Shown: positions 10,132 to 20,272 of the stretch, piece after piece
Numbering within the stretch: position 1 is the first letter of the stretch
How the letters are laid out: each line of letters begins with the position of its first letter
Assembly (NCBI RefSeq): GCF_013365455.1
Contig: NZ_CP046578.1
Span: forward strand, 810,001-842,000
Source of the DNA: Wolbachia endosymbiont of Dirofilaria (Dirofilaria) immitis
GTDB lineage: Bacteria > Pseudomonadota > Alphaproteobacteria > Rickettsiales > Anaplasmataceae
Reading direction: 5' to 3'
Length of the DNA stretch: 32,000 nt
Notes under the pieces: generated by a model
What the model was told of the DNA's origin: nothing
Databases searched by the model: none
What the model saw: the letters and a program-made list of their open reading frames with translations, nothing else
Program-made: the position numbers and the translations under genes

Positions 10132-11034
10132 ATGTATACATCCAATGCTACACTTTCAGAGGGTAGTGCAGATCACTGGAGGCTTATTAAAACTAGGTTA
10201 ACCATATTTCAACCCTTAATTACTATTTTAACATCATCTGTACTGAGTTTTATAGCTGGTCAGTATCTTCCTTGTGTCACTGCGACAACTTCCAGTTCCA
10301 GTATAACCACAGCAGCCCCTTTAATAATTTTTACTATTTCTGCAGTTGTTACACTAGTTCTAGTAACGAACCTCATCAAACTCAGCCTTTCTAGAGTTTA
10401 TAACAAAAAAGAAGTAGGTCTTAGCAAAGGAGTTCTTAATAAGGAACAGCAATCAAAAAAAATGATAAAAAAATCAGTGCTTGAAAGTGAACCAATTGGA
10501 GAAAGGTTAAATAAGACTTTCAAGAAACAAGGCAGTGGGGCACAGATAGAAGTTGTCAATAGTAGCATTAATTCAAATGGTAAATCAAGTGCATCATACA
10601 CCCCTATACAGCTTTCACTAACACCTAGTACAGCCGTTCAGCAGACTGATACCATAAAACCATTACATAGCGTTGTTCCACCGTTTTCTTTTGCCTCAGG
10701 TTTAAATGGAATCCCTTTATCAAAAAGGACTAATAGTTCTAACATGCTTGAAGCCGGAGTTAGTAATGATATCAATCAAGAAAATAGTAAAGATATTTTA
10801 CTCGAGCAGATAAAAAAAGGAGTTAAGCTAAGGCACACTAAAAATATAAATATACAGCAAAAGCAGCCAGGTACTACTAACCAAAATCAAGATATGGTTT
10901 TAGTCCTTAACATTGCACTTGCGCAGAGAAGAATAGCAATTAAGTCCTCAGATAGTGAAAGTGAGCATTTTAGCTCTAATAGCAGCTCAGGTTGGAGTAC
11001 AGATGAAGAAAGACTGAAAAAAAAACGAGGCTAA
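10132..11034 (+). CDS. Putative secreted membrane effector with WH2-connector-acidic (VCA-like) actin-nucleation module
   Basis: 300 aa. Two hydrophobic segments (about aa 23-47 and 61-86), a Ser/Lys-rich linker, WH2-like DILLEQIKKGVKLRHTK (aa 221-237), connector-like DMVLVLNIALAQRRIAIKSSDSESE (aa 254-278) and acidic/Trp segment SSSGWSTDEE. Domain naming is by motif comparison from memory, not a search. Confidence 0.8.
   Translation: MYTSNATLSEGSADHWRLIKTRLTIFQPLITILTSSVLSFIAGQYLPCVTATTSSSSITTAAPLIIFTISAVVTLVLVTNLIKLSLSRVYNKKEVGLSKGVLNKEQQSKKMIKKSVLESEPIGERLNKTFKKQGSGAQIEVVNSSINSNGKSSASYTPIQLSLTPSTAVQQTDTIKPLHSVVPPFSFASGLNGIPLSKRTNSSNMLEAGVSNDINQENSKDILLEQIKKGVKLRHTKNINIQQKQPGTTNQNQDMVLVLNIALAQRRIAIKSSDSESEHFSSNSSSGWSTDEERLKKKRG
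11017..11025 (+). repeat. Homopolymer A9 at the 3' end of the VCA-like ORF (candidate slippage/phase site)
   Basis: Sequence ctg-AAAAAAAAA-cgaggctaa. Frame 0 ends KKKRG*. The -1 frame continues TRLIKHREKPTPQAF for 101 codons. Confidence 0.9.
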
Positions 11035-11330
11035 TAAAACACAGGGAGAAACCTACGCCTCAAGCTTTTCCATCAGACAATGAAAAAGGAAATAGAACTC
11101 CTGAAAGTGGGTATAGATCTGGTGATGATATCAAGCCAGAATTTGCATCATTATTACACTCTAAACTGAAGGCAGACAAGCCGTCTGTATCACCAAAGCC
11201 TACTAACTTACAAACAAGATCTAAAATTTCTCTTGTAAAGGAAGAGAATAGTGAAAATCCAGTTGGTAGTGAAATACAAGACCCATCTACTCTTTCTTTC
11301 AAGGAACGTATGAGTCGATTTGTAAATTAG
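11025..11330 (+). other. Alternative -1 frame extension (101 codons plus stop) of the VCA-like ORF
   Basis: Manual translation from 11025: TRLIKHREKPTPQAFPSDNEKGNRTPESGYRSGDDIKPEFASLLHSKLKADKPSVSPKPTNLQTRSKISLVKEENSENPVGSEIQDPSTLSFKERMSRFVN*. Composition resembles the upstream protein. It has no start codon near its beginning, so it would be a fused C-terminus of a 399-aa product. Confidence 0.65.
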
Positions 11331-11378
11331 AAGTAAAATAGAAGAGAACACACTTTCCCATCTTTAAAATAAGTTTAC

Positions 11379-11426
11379 TAATAAATCTGATAGTATTAAA
11401 ATCATTTAATACTATCAGATTTATTA
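11379..11426. repeat. Perfect 22-bp inverted repeat with 4-nt loop
   Basis: TAATAAATCTGATAGTATTAAA (11379-11400) - ATCA - TTTAATACTATCAGATTTATTA (11405-11426); ends one base before the proS GTG at 11428. Confidence 0.92.
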
Positions 11427-11427
11427 A

Positions 11428-12702
11428 GTGCGCTTATCTAAATATTATCTACCAACTTTAAAAGAAATCCCTGCTAGTACTGAGATCATTTCTCATCAAT
11501 ACTCAATACGTGCAGGCTTAGTAAAGCAAACAGCATCTGGCATTTATTCTTGGTTACCACTTGGACTTTTAGTGCTTAAAAATATCAAAGGTATTATCAG
11601 AGACGAAATGGATAAGTCTGGTGCCATCGAAGTATTAATGCCTTGTGTACAGCCAGCAAATCTTTGGCAAGAGTCAGAGCGGTATAATGACTACGGCAAA
11701 GAGATGTTGCGCATTAAAGACAGGTATGAGAATGGTATGCTTTTTGGTCCAACTCATGAAGAAGTAGCAACTGATCTGATTAGATATATGGCAAAAAGTT
11801 ACAAGAATTTGCCACTTTGTTTATATCAAATTCAGTGGAAGTTTCGTGATGAAGTAAGACCACGTTACGGTGTTATGAGAGGTAGGGAATTTTTAATGAA
11901 GGATGCATATAGTTTCGACATAGATTATAAAAATGCACTAAATTCATATAATTTAATGTATAAAACCTACATAAAAATTTTTAAGCGCATGGGATTCACT
12001 CCAATTGTAGTTAGAGCAAATACTGGGTTAATTGGAGGAAATTTAAGCCACGAGTTTCATATACCGGCAAGCATAGGCGAAAGCACCTTATATTATGACA
12101 ATAAATTCCCTGAACTGCTAGAAAATGAAGATGTCGAAAGTTTAAAAAGCATATACGCAGTTACAGATGATATGTATCATCCTAAAACTTGCCCTATACC
12201 GCAAGAACAGTTAAGGATCAGCAAGGGCATTGAAGTAGGGCATATTTTTTACTTTGGGAATAAATATTCAAAGCCAATGAATGCAAAAGTTACCACACAA
12301 GATGGAAAAAATGTCAATATACATATGGGTTCATATGGCATTGGAGTCTCAAGACTTGTCGGTGCAATAATAGAAGCTTTCCATGATGATAAAGGAATTA
12401 TCTGGCCAGAAACAATAGCCCCCTTCAGAATCGGGTTAACTAACCTACAAATAAAAACTAATGAATGTGTAGAGATTGCAAACAAAATATACAAAGCTTT
12501 GAAAAGCGATAAAGTGCTTTATGATGACACAAAAGGAAGCATAGGAGCAAAATTTGCTAGAATGGATTTGATAGGCCTTCCATGGCAGATAATTGTTGGA
12601 AAGAAAGCAGTAAGTAAAAATTTAGTTGAAGTAAAAAATAGAGTAACTGGAGAGATGGAAGAAACTCAGATTGAAGAAGCAATAAATCGTTTTAGCATAT
12701 AG
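11428..12702 (+). CDS. proS: Prolyl-tRNA synthetase (short, alphaproteobacterial-type, no long editing insertion)
   Basis: [93 protein letters not shown] start; 424 aa. Confidence 0.95.
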   Translation: MRLSKYYLPTLKEIPASTEIISHQYSIRAGLVKQTASGIYSWLPLGLLVLKNIKGIIRDEMDKSGAIEVLMPCVQPANLWQESERYNDYGKEMLRIKDRYENGMLFGPTHEEVATDLIRYMAKSYKNLPLCLYQIQWKFRDEVRPRYGVMRGREFLMKDAYSFDIDYKNALNSYNLMYKTYIKIFKRMGFTPIVVRANTGLIGGNLSHEFHIPASIGESTLYYDNKFPELLENEDVESLKSIYAVTDDMYHPKTCPIPQEQLRISKGIEVGHIFYFGNKYSKPMNAKVTTQDGKNVNIHMGSYGIGVSRLVGAIIEAFHDDKGIIWPETIAPFRIGLTNLQIKTNECVEIANKIYKALKSDKVLYDDTKGSIGAKFARMDLIGLPWQIIVGKKAVSKNLVEVKNRVTGEMEETQIEEAINRFSI

Positions 12703-12703
12703 A

Positions 12704-13081
12704 ATGATACGTGGTATTGGCATTGATATAGTATGTATATCAAGAATATTGAAGATACTGCAAAAGTACGAGAAGAAATTTCTCAATAAAATCTACACTA
12801 AGCAGGAAATAGAAGTAAGCAGAAAGTACAACAGTCAAAAAACACGTGCAAAATATTTTGCTAAGCGTTTTGCAGCAAAGGAAGCTTTCGTTAAAGCGTT
12901 AGGCAGTGGATTTAGCCAGGGCATCACAATGAAAGATATAGAAATATATAGTGATGTAAGAGGAAAGCCATATCTTACCATTGACAAGAATCTCATTTCC
13001 AAAGACTGCATATTACATCTTTCTCTAAGCGATGATGGAGATTATGCTACTGCGTTTGTTATAATCTGCAGTTATAGCTAG
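12704..13081 (+). CDS. acpS: Holo-[acyl-carrier-protein] synthase
   Basis: GIGIDIVCISRI, AKYFAKRFAAKEAFVKALGSGF, LHLSLSDDGDYATAFVI. Confidence 0.93.
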   Translation: MIRGIGIDIVCISRILKILQKYEKKFLNKIYTKQEIEVSRKYNSQKTRAKYFAKRFAAKEAFVKALGSGFSQGITMKDIEIYSDVRGKPYLTIDKNLISKDCILHLSLSDDGDYATAFVIICSYS

Positions 13082-13138
13082 AGTTTGCCTTCTACTATTA
13101 ATTTACTATACTTATTCGGTAAGGTTGAGTTTATTTAA

Positions 13139-14416
13139 ATGCACAAAATACTAGTAAAGAGTAGACATAAGCCCTTAGTTGGAAAAATCAAGATTAACGG
13201 TTCAAAAAATGCTATCTTGCCGGTAATGGCCGCAAGCCTATTGAGTAGTTCTCCAGTCATTTTACACAATGTGCCAAATCTAACTGATGTGTATTTGATG
13301 TCTAAATTGCTTGAAAAGCTAGGAGCAAAGGTGAACTTTATATACAATAAAAACTATAAAGCAAATCATACTTTTGAAATTGATTGTAGCAACATCAATA
13401 ATTATACAATATCACATGAAACTGGAAGCAGGCTACGAGCATCCTTTTTAACGTTAGGTCCGATTCTTAGTAGATTTGGTAAAATCATAACAGTCTTCCC
13501 TGGTGGATGTAATATTGGAAAACGCCCAGTTGATATGCACATCGAGGCGCTAAAAGTAATGGGAGCTAAAATTGAAATTGATGGCTGCAATATAATTGTA
13601 ACAGCAAAAGGAAAGCTACAAGGGAAAGAGATTACATTTAAGAAGATAAGCGTTGGTGCAACAGAAAATGTAATAATGGCTGCAGTCCTTGCAGAAGGAG
13701 TAACAATAATAAACAATGCTGCAACAGAGCCAGAAGTTTTAGATTTAATAGAATTTCTAAAGAAAATGGGAGCTAATATTAAAATCAGCAATAAAAAGAT
13801 TACAATAACAGGAGTTGAGGTATTAAATGGATGTGTACACAAAACAATATTAGACCGAATAGAAGCTGGTACATATGCATTAGCTGCTGTAGTAACTGGT
13901 GGTGAGTTAATATTAGAGGGAATAAATCTATCCGATATAAGATGTATTGCAAATGAATTAGAGCTAATAGGAGCTAGGGTCAAGTTACTTAATCAAGGTA
14001 TCATTGTTTCTAGAAAAAATTGTTCTATTAAATCCATCAACGTTTCAACAGATTCATACCCTAATTTTCCTAGTGATATGCAACCACAACTCATGTCTGC
14101 AATGTGCATTGCTGATGGGATATCGATTATTGAAGAGAATATTTTCGAGAACAGATTTACACATACAAGTGAGTTGAGAAAATTAGGTGCTAATATAAAC
14201 ATAAAAAAAAATAAAGCCATTATAAGTGGAATAAAGAGCTTATATGGATCTAATTTATATGCTACTGACTTGAGGTCAACAGCGGCTTTGGTACTTGCTT
14301 CTCTGGTAGCTAATGGAGAGACTACGATAAGTAATCCACATCACCTATGGAGAGGATATGAAGTAATGCATGAAAAACTCAATTCATGTGGAGCTGATAT
14401 TTCCATTTTATCTTGA
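13139..14416 (+). CDS. murA: UDP-N-acetylglucosamine 1-carboxyvinyltransferase
   Basis: INGSKNAILPVMAASLL, FPGGCNIGKRPVDMHIEALKVMGA, RIEAGTYALAAVVTGGE, YPNFPSDMQPQLMSAM, TDLRSTAALVLASLVANGET. Confidence 0.95.
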   Translation: MHKILVKSRHKPLVGKIKINGSKNAILPVMAASLLSSSPVILHNVPNLTDVYLMSKLLEKLGAKVNFIYNKNYKANHTFEIDCSNINNYTISHETGSRLRASFLTLGPILSRFGKIITVFPGGCNIGKRPVDMHIEALKVMGAKIEIDGCNIIVTAKGKLQGKEITFKKISVGATENVIMAAVLAEGVTIINNAATEPEVLDLIEFLKKMGANIKISNKKITITGVEVLNGCVHKTILDRIEAGTYALAAVVTGGELILEGINLSDIRCIANELELIGARVKLLNQGIIVSRKNCSIKSINVSTDSYPNFPSDMQPQLMSAMCIADGISIIEENIFENRFTHTSELRKLGANINIKKNKAIISGIKSLYGSNLYATDLRSTAALVLASLVANGETTISNPHHLWRGYEVMHEKLNSCGADISILS

Positions 14417-14425
14417 GGGTATGTT

Positions 14426-15289
14426 ATGAATGATGAATATTATTTAACTAAGCGAACTACAGTAAAAGAAATAGACAAAATTCTATACAAGAAATACAAA
14501 GTATTAGATCATGGATTTATTCGAGTAATAGATTATATGGGCTCTGACAGTGCTATACTACAAGCTGCTCGTGTCTCTTATGGAAAAGGAACAAAACAGA
14601 TAAATCAAGATGAAGCACTCATAAAGTACTTGATGAGACATCATCATACAACTCCATTTGAAATGTGTGAAATTAAGTTTCATGTAAAGCTTCCGATTTT
14701 TGTTGCAAGACAATGGATAAGACACAGAACTGCAAATGTGAATGAGTATTCCGCAAGGTATTCAATACTCGACCACGAGTTTTATATACCAAAACCAGAA
14801 CGAGTTGCAAAACAATCTGATAATAATAAACAAGGCAGCAGTGAAGCTTTTGACTCAAATACTTCAAAAGAAATAATAGACTCCATGATAAATGACTCCA
14901 ATTTAGTATATTCTCATTATAAGAAGTTTATCGAACAGGAAGTTGCAAGGGAAATTGCTCGAACTAATTTAACGCTTAACTACTACACACAATTTTATTG
15001 GAAGGTAAATCTACATAATCTTCTTCACTTTTTGAAGCTCAGAGCCGATAAACATGCCCAATACGAAATCAGGGTCTATGCAGAAGTTATGTTGGGTATA
15101 ATAAGAGAATGGGTCCCACTAGCCCACAGTGCTTTCGTTGAATATTGCTTAGAGTCGGCTTATATTCCAAGAGCTAGCCTAAAAGTAATCCGTAAGCTGA
15201 TTAAAGGAGAAAATGTTACTAGAGAAGAAAGTGGAATTAGTAAAAGAGAATGGGACGAACTAATGTTCATGCTTCATAAACAGCCTTGA
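14426..15289 (+). CDS. thyX: Flavin-dependent thymidylate synthase
   Basis: ThyX signature [14 protein letters not shown]; [10 protein letters not shown]; [29 protein letters not shown]. Confidence 0.95.
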   Translation: MNDEYYLTKRTTVKEIDKILYKKYKVLDHGFIRVIDYMGSDSAILQAARVSYGKGTKQINQDEALIKYLMRHHHTTPFEMCEIKFHVKLPIFVARQWIRHRTANVNEYSARYSILDHEFYIPKPERVAKQSDNNKQGSSEAFDSNTSKEIIDSMINDSNLVYSHYKKFIEQEVAREIARTNLTLNYYTQFYWKVNLHNLLHFLKLRADKHAQYEIRVYAEVMLGIIREWVPLAHSAFVEYCLESAYIPRASLKVIRKLIKGENVTREESGISKREWDELMFMLHKQP

Positions 15290-15329
15290 AAATTACGCAT
15301 CATTTTTCTCTATCAGCTAACTTTAGCTA

Positions 15330-16789
15330 GTTCATGTCATATTAGCTCATCACCTTTATAGAACATCTTATTAAAATCACTTATAGTTCCAAAATCCTAG
15401 CCTTTAATAAATAATTATTCGCAATATAAGCTTCAGAAAGAATAACCTGCCTTTCATCAAGATTAGAATCCTATATATAAACTTTATTATACAAAGCAAT
15501 CACTTCTTGATCATAATCATATTTTTCAGTAATATACTGACTATTTAAGTTTTGATAAAAATTATCCATATCTTGATTTTAAGCCTTGTAAGCACTGCCT
15601 CATACTTTTCCATCCCATAAGACTTCCTACCCTGATTTTCAAATGGTTAGTTAAATCTTCCCCTATATTATTCCTTCATATTACCTATAATACTTATTAT
15701 AGCAGTTTCCTTCTGTTCATCCTTATTTTCTTCAACTTCTCTTTTCTGTTTAAACTTAATTTCATTTTCTATTAAAACTTTTTTGTTTATATAGCCATCA
15801 CTAAGTGTGATTTTTGCATTTACCTGATAGTTACCTTTCTCAGATTTGTCAGACAACCTTTAAGGTAACTCATTACACTAAAGTATGGCTTACCCGTTTA
15901 GATATTTATCATAGCTTAACTTAATTCACATATTAAATAAAACCAGCTTTCGAGTTCAAGATAAGAACTTTTACTGAGAACAAAAAATAAATCCTTACAG
16001 TCAAGCAGTATATCATAGCTAGAGGCAATACAATGTAAGCACTCACTGTCTTGATACTCCGCCATGTAATACTTATATCAAGGATTACCTCACCACCTCC
16101 CTTATCAAGCTGCAAAACTGCTGTGGAATGTCCGTTACCCATACCATACCATGGCCTTCTATTACTTTAAACAAGGTAATCTCACCTTTTTCTATAAGCT
16201 CTTTTAACTCTTTATTCTTTTGATTTAATTCTTCTTCTACTTTTCTTTCCCCTCTTATTAATCTTGTTTCTCCTTTAACTACTTTGCTTTATATCGTAAG
16301 AATATACCTTATGTGATTAAGCCGCTCTTGTTACTTAAAAAAGCATTTAATATATTCTAGGCGATCAATGATAATTCACCTTTGTCATCAAAACTTTTTC
16401 CTGTGCTCTATTATAGAGATTAGGGTTATAAATTGCACACAGAGGGCAAAATCCATAATCTACTATCGTTTCCTTACCTAACTATATCCCCATTGAGAAT
16501 CAATAATGATTGAGTGAAGATTAGAAGTCAAATATCTCCCATTATCACCATTAATATATAGCCCACTTCTCCCATCAAGTTCACTATATTTGTTATAATA
16601 GATATAGAAATTTTCATAATTAAGATTAAAATAATCATCTAGATTATCAAACTGAACTGTACTGTTAAGCCTCTAACACAAAAGGTTTTTGCTTTCATTC
16701 GCAAGCTTTACACGCGCAGAAAAGTAACATTGGTCTATAGGCTCACCTTTTTCTATCTCAAAGTTCAAAGTAATTATATCCTTAATCAT
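15330..16789 (-). pseudogene. Heavily decayed CDS, family unknown
   Basis: On the minus strand, protein-like blocks appear in order but in shifting frames with internal stops: MIKDIITLNFEIEKGEPIDQCYFSARVKLANESKNLLC*; RLNSTVQFDNLDDYFNLNYENFYIYYNKYSELDGRSGLYINGDNGRYLTSNLHSIIIDSQWGYS*; LGKETIVDYGFCPLCAIYNPNLYNRAQEKVLMTKVNYH*; KGETRLIRGERKVEEELNQKNKELKELIEKGEITLFKVIEGHGMVWV; MSDKSEKGNYQVNAKITLSDGYINKKVLIENEIKFKQKREVEENKDEQKETA; DMDNFYQNLNSQYITEKYDYDQEVIALYNKVYI*DSNLDERQVILSEAYIANNYLLKARILEL*. Confidence 0.65.
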
Positions 16790-17259
16790 TAATGTCCTAC
16801 ACAAATTGCATAAACCCATTCATCATCTATGTATACATAAAAAATATGTTAAAGTTAAAATGCTCTTATACATAGGCAAGGTAACTGCAATTTTGTTATG
16901 TTAGCACGTACTGTACAACTGCATAAACACTTACTTCTATTAATATTAAGATAACTCTCCCTCTCCCATAAGCAAATGATATATCGTCTAGTGCTTATAG
17001 GCTTGTTACCTTCTAGCTCAAACAGATATTATATATTATGTGATATCATAACATTAGCAATAATTATGTAACAATATATCTATATTAATATTAAAGCTTA
17101 CTATCTTTTTTAGAATTTTATCTACCTTTTTCTAAAAAATAGAGATCCGTAGAAAGAAAATAGAAAAAACTTTGAATAAATAATTAGATACAAAAACAGT
17201 ATACATAGCGTGCTCACAGGTTATTACTCAGGTACTATAGTTGTCAGAATTAACATTAA

Positions 17260-17332
17260 TGGGCAATGACAGACTTGAACTGCCGACCTTCTCGGTGTAA
17301 ACGAGATGCTCTACCAGCTGAGCTAATTGCCC
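17260..17332 (-). tRNA. tRNA-Val(UAC)
   Basis: Reverse complement GGGCAATTAGCTCAGCTGGTAGAGCATCTCGTTTACACCGAGAAGGTCGGCAGTTCAAGTCTGTCATTGCCCA folds as a cloverleaf; anticodon loop TTTACAC gives TAC. Confidence 0.96.
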
Positions 17333-17486
17333 CTTTTAATAGTTTAAAGCAACTTTAAAACATAATTCTACAGCTCAATATCGCTATTGTAAACAAAAAG
17401 CGGAATCAAGCACAGCCTGGTTTCTAGTTGACCACTTGCTCAACTAAATGTTAGTATTGGAATTAACTTAATCAAAATACAAAAAA

Positions 17487-20189
17487 ATGCAAAACAATAT
17501 AGTGCCAGTTTCAATAGTAAAAGAACTGGAGGATTCTTATCTTTCCTATGCAATGAGCGTAATTATAAGTAGAGCTATACCTGACGTACGAGATGGGTTC
17601 AAACCAGTTCATAGACGCATATTATATGCGATGTCAAGAGCTGGATACGATGCTGGTAAGCCATATAAAAAGGCTGCTCGTATAGTCGGAGATGTAATGG
17701 GAAAATATCATCCACATGGTGATATGGCTATTTATGATTCCTTAGTTAGAATGGCCCAAGACTTCTCTCTGCTTCTACCACTTATTGATGGACAAGGTAA
17801 CTTCGGTTCAATAGACGGCGACCCACCAGCTTCGATGCGATACACAGAAGCAAGGCTTCACAGAATGTCACACTTTTTATTGAATGATATTGATGAAGAT
17901 ACGGTTGACTTCAAGCCAAACTATGATGGGAATGAAATAGAGCCTGTCGTGCTGCCTGCAGAGTTTCCAAATTTATTGGTAAATGGTGCTAGTGGCGTTG
18001 CAGTTGGCATGGCAACTAACATCCCTTCTCATAATCTTGGAGAGATAATTGATGCTTGTATATTATATATAGATAACCCCAAAGTTACCCTAGATGAGCT
18101 ACTTGAAGTTATACCTGGACCAGATTTTCCAACTGGTGGAACGATTCTTGGCAAATCTGGTATAAGATCAGCATTTGCCACAGGTCGAGGCTCAATTGCT
18201 ATGCAAGGCAAAACCCATATAGAAAACCTACCACAAGATAGACAAGCAATAATTATTGATGAAATACCTTATCAAGTAAATAAAGTAAAACTAATTGAAA
18301 AAATAGGTGAGCTTGTAAAAGAAAAGAAAATTGACGGCATAACAGGAATTAGAGATGAGTCTGACAAAACTGGTATTAGGATAGTAATTGATCTTAGAAA
18401 AAATACTGCAGCAGACTTTGTATTGAATCAAATACTGGAACTTACTCCTCTAAGAAGCAGTTTCAGCGTTAATACTTTAGTCCTCAATAATAACAGACCT
18501 GCTTTAATGTCATTAAAAGAAATCATAGCTGCTTTTATTGATTTTAGAAAAGAAGCCATAACAAGAAGAACAGAATTCCGTCTAAGAAAAATTAGAGAAA
18601 AAGCTCATATATATATAGGGCTCTACATTGCAGTCTTGAACATAGATGAAGTGATAAAAGTTATTCGCGCTGCAAAAGATCCTGAAGAAGCAAGCAAAGA
18701 GCTTTTGAATAAGAAATGGAAAACTTCAGCTGAAATAAACATAATTGTTGAACTAATTTCAGATAGTATGATCTTTTTGAAAAATAGAGCATATAGATTA
18801 ACTGGTCTGCAAGCGAAAGCCATTCTTGACATGAAACTACAGCGTTTAACAGGCCTTGAGAAAGATAAATTAGAAGATGAGTTAAATTTAACAGTCAACT
18901 TAATAAAAGAATACACTGCTTTTCTTGGCTCAGAAGAAAAATTGATGCAAGAAATAAAAAATAATTTACAAGAAATAAAGAACAGATTTGCTGTATCACG
19001 AAAGACTGTAATAGAAGAATCAGATACAGATATTGAAGCCGAAGATCTTATTCCACAAGAAGATATGGTAGTAACCGTAACCATGAATGGTTATATCAAA
19101 CGCGTGAAGCTTTCTCACTATAGAACACAGCGTCGTGGTGGAAAAGGGAAATTAGGACAAGGATTAAAAGAAGAGGATGTAACTACAAAATTATTTGTTG
19201 GAAATACCCATACTAGTCTCTTATTTTTTTCCAATATTGGTCGAGTCTATAGATTAAAAGTTTATAAATTACCCCTAGCAGAACCAACTGCACGTGGAAG
19301 AGCACTTGTTAATATATTTCCTCTTACTGATGGTGAAACAATTACCAACATAATGCCGTTGCCAAGTGAGAGCGATGAAAATCAGAATATAATTTTTGCT
19401 ACTGCTCATGGAAACATAAGACGTAACTCCTTAGCAGATTTTCACTATATTCCAAGTAATGGGAAAATAGCAATAAAACTCGATGAAGGAGATAAACTAA
19501 TATCGGTTAAAGTATGTAATGAAATTGATCACGTTTTACTTTCAACAACATTTGGAAAAGGCATTAGATTCGTCGTAAGCGATGTACGTCAATTTAAAAG
19601 TCGTAACTCAGATGGCGTAAGAGGAATAAAACTTGCAAAACATGATAGCGTGATATCCATGACTATACTAAATGGTATAGGCGCTGCAACAGAAATAAAA
19701 GAGCTTTACTTAAAAGTTCCACTCGCAAAAAGGCTGGAAGCTGCAATCAGTAGCTCTATTAATTCTAAATTAGAAAAGATCCTCAATGATTTAGGAATAG
19801 ATAATGAATTATTCTTAAAACTCGCAATCAACGAAGAGTTTATATTAACTATAACTGAAAATGGCTTTGGCAAAAGAACTTCTGCATACGAATATAGAGT
19901 AACCAGTAGAGGTGGTGTTGGTATTACCAATATTCTTACTACTAGTAGAAACGGTAGTGTTATTGCTAGCTTTCCAGTCGAGCAGGGTGATAATATAATG
20001 CTCATTACAGATAAAGGAAAGTTAATTCGAATTTTGGTTAATGAAATCAGAATTACAGGACGTAGTACTCAAGGGGTCACTTTATTTAAAACAGAAAATA
20101 AAGAAAAAGTGGTGTCAGCAGCAAAAATTGAAGATCATAGCTCCACTGAAGATAGCATTTCTGAAATTGAAGACTCTATTTCTTCTTAA
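17487..20189 (+). CDS. gyrA: DNA gyrase subunit A
   Basis: [83 protein letters not shown]; GyrA-box QRRGGKG ([15 protein letters not shown]). 900 aa. Confidence 0.95.
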   Translation: MQNNIVPVSIVKELEDSYLSYAMSVIISRAIPDVRDGFKPVHRRILYAMSRAGYDAGKPYKKAARIVGDVMGKYHPHGDMAIYDSLVRMAQDFSLLLPLIDGQGNFGSIDGDPPASMRYTEARLHRMSHFLLNDIDEDTVDFKPNYDGNEIEPVVLPAEFPNLLVNGASGVAVGMATNIPSHNLGEIIDACILYIDNPKVTLDELLEVIPGPDFPTGGTILGKSGIRSAFATGRGSIAMQGKTHIENLPQDRQAIIIDEIPYQVNKVKLIEKIGELVKEKKIDGITGIRDESDKTGIRIVIDLRKNTAADFVLNQILELTPLRSSFSVNTLVLNNNRPALMSLKEIIAAFIDFRKEAITRRTEFRLRKIREKAHIYIGLYIAVLNIDEVIKVIRAAKDPEEASKELLNKKWKTSAEINIIVELISDSMIFLKNRAYRLTGLQAKAILDMKLQRLTGLEKDKLEDELNLTVNLIKEYTAFLGSEEKLMQEIKNNLQEIKNRFAVSRKTVIEESDTDIEAEDLIPQEDMVVTVTMNGYIKRVKLSHYRTQRRGGKGKLGQGLKEEDVTTKLFVGNTHTSLLFFSNIGRVYRLKVYKLPLAEPTARGRALVNIFPLTDGETITNIMPLPSESDENQNIIFATAHGNIRRNSLADFHYIPSNGKIAIKLDEGDKLISVKVCNEIDHVLLSTTFGKGIRFVVSDVRQFKSRNSDGVRGIKLAKHDSVISMTILNGIGAATEIKELYLKVPLAKRLEAAISSSINSKLEKILNDLGIDNELFLKLAINEEFILTITENGFGKRTSAYEYRVTSRGGVGITNILTTSRNGSVIASFPVEQGDNIMLITDKGKLIRILVNEIRITGRSTQGVTLFKTENKEKVVSAAKIEDHSSTEDSISEIEDSISS

Positions 20190-20272
20190 TCGTAGTAATA
20201 CATAAGCACAGCTAAAAGTAAAAAATCCAAGTTTCTATTGATTAATTTACAGTATTTAGATTAAAATATAGG

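Noticed and set aside
11060-11302. 80-aa minus-strand ORF inside the 3' region of the effector gene
   Set aside because: It is antisense to the more convincing -1 frame extension, whose composition matches the upstream protein.
13402-13983. 193-aa ORF antisense to murA
   Set aside because: Shadow ORF; murA motifs on the plus strand are unambiguous.
18623-19084. 153-aa ORF antisense to gyrA
   Set aside because: Ser/Phe-rich shadow ORF fully inside the strongly supported gyrA coding region.
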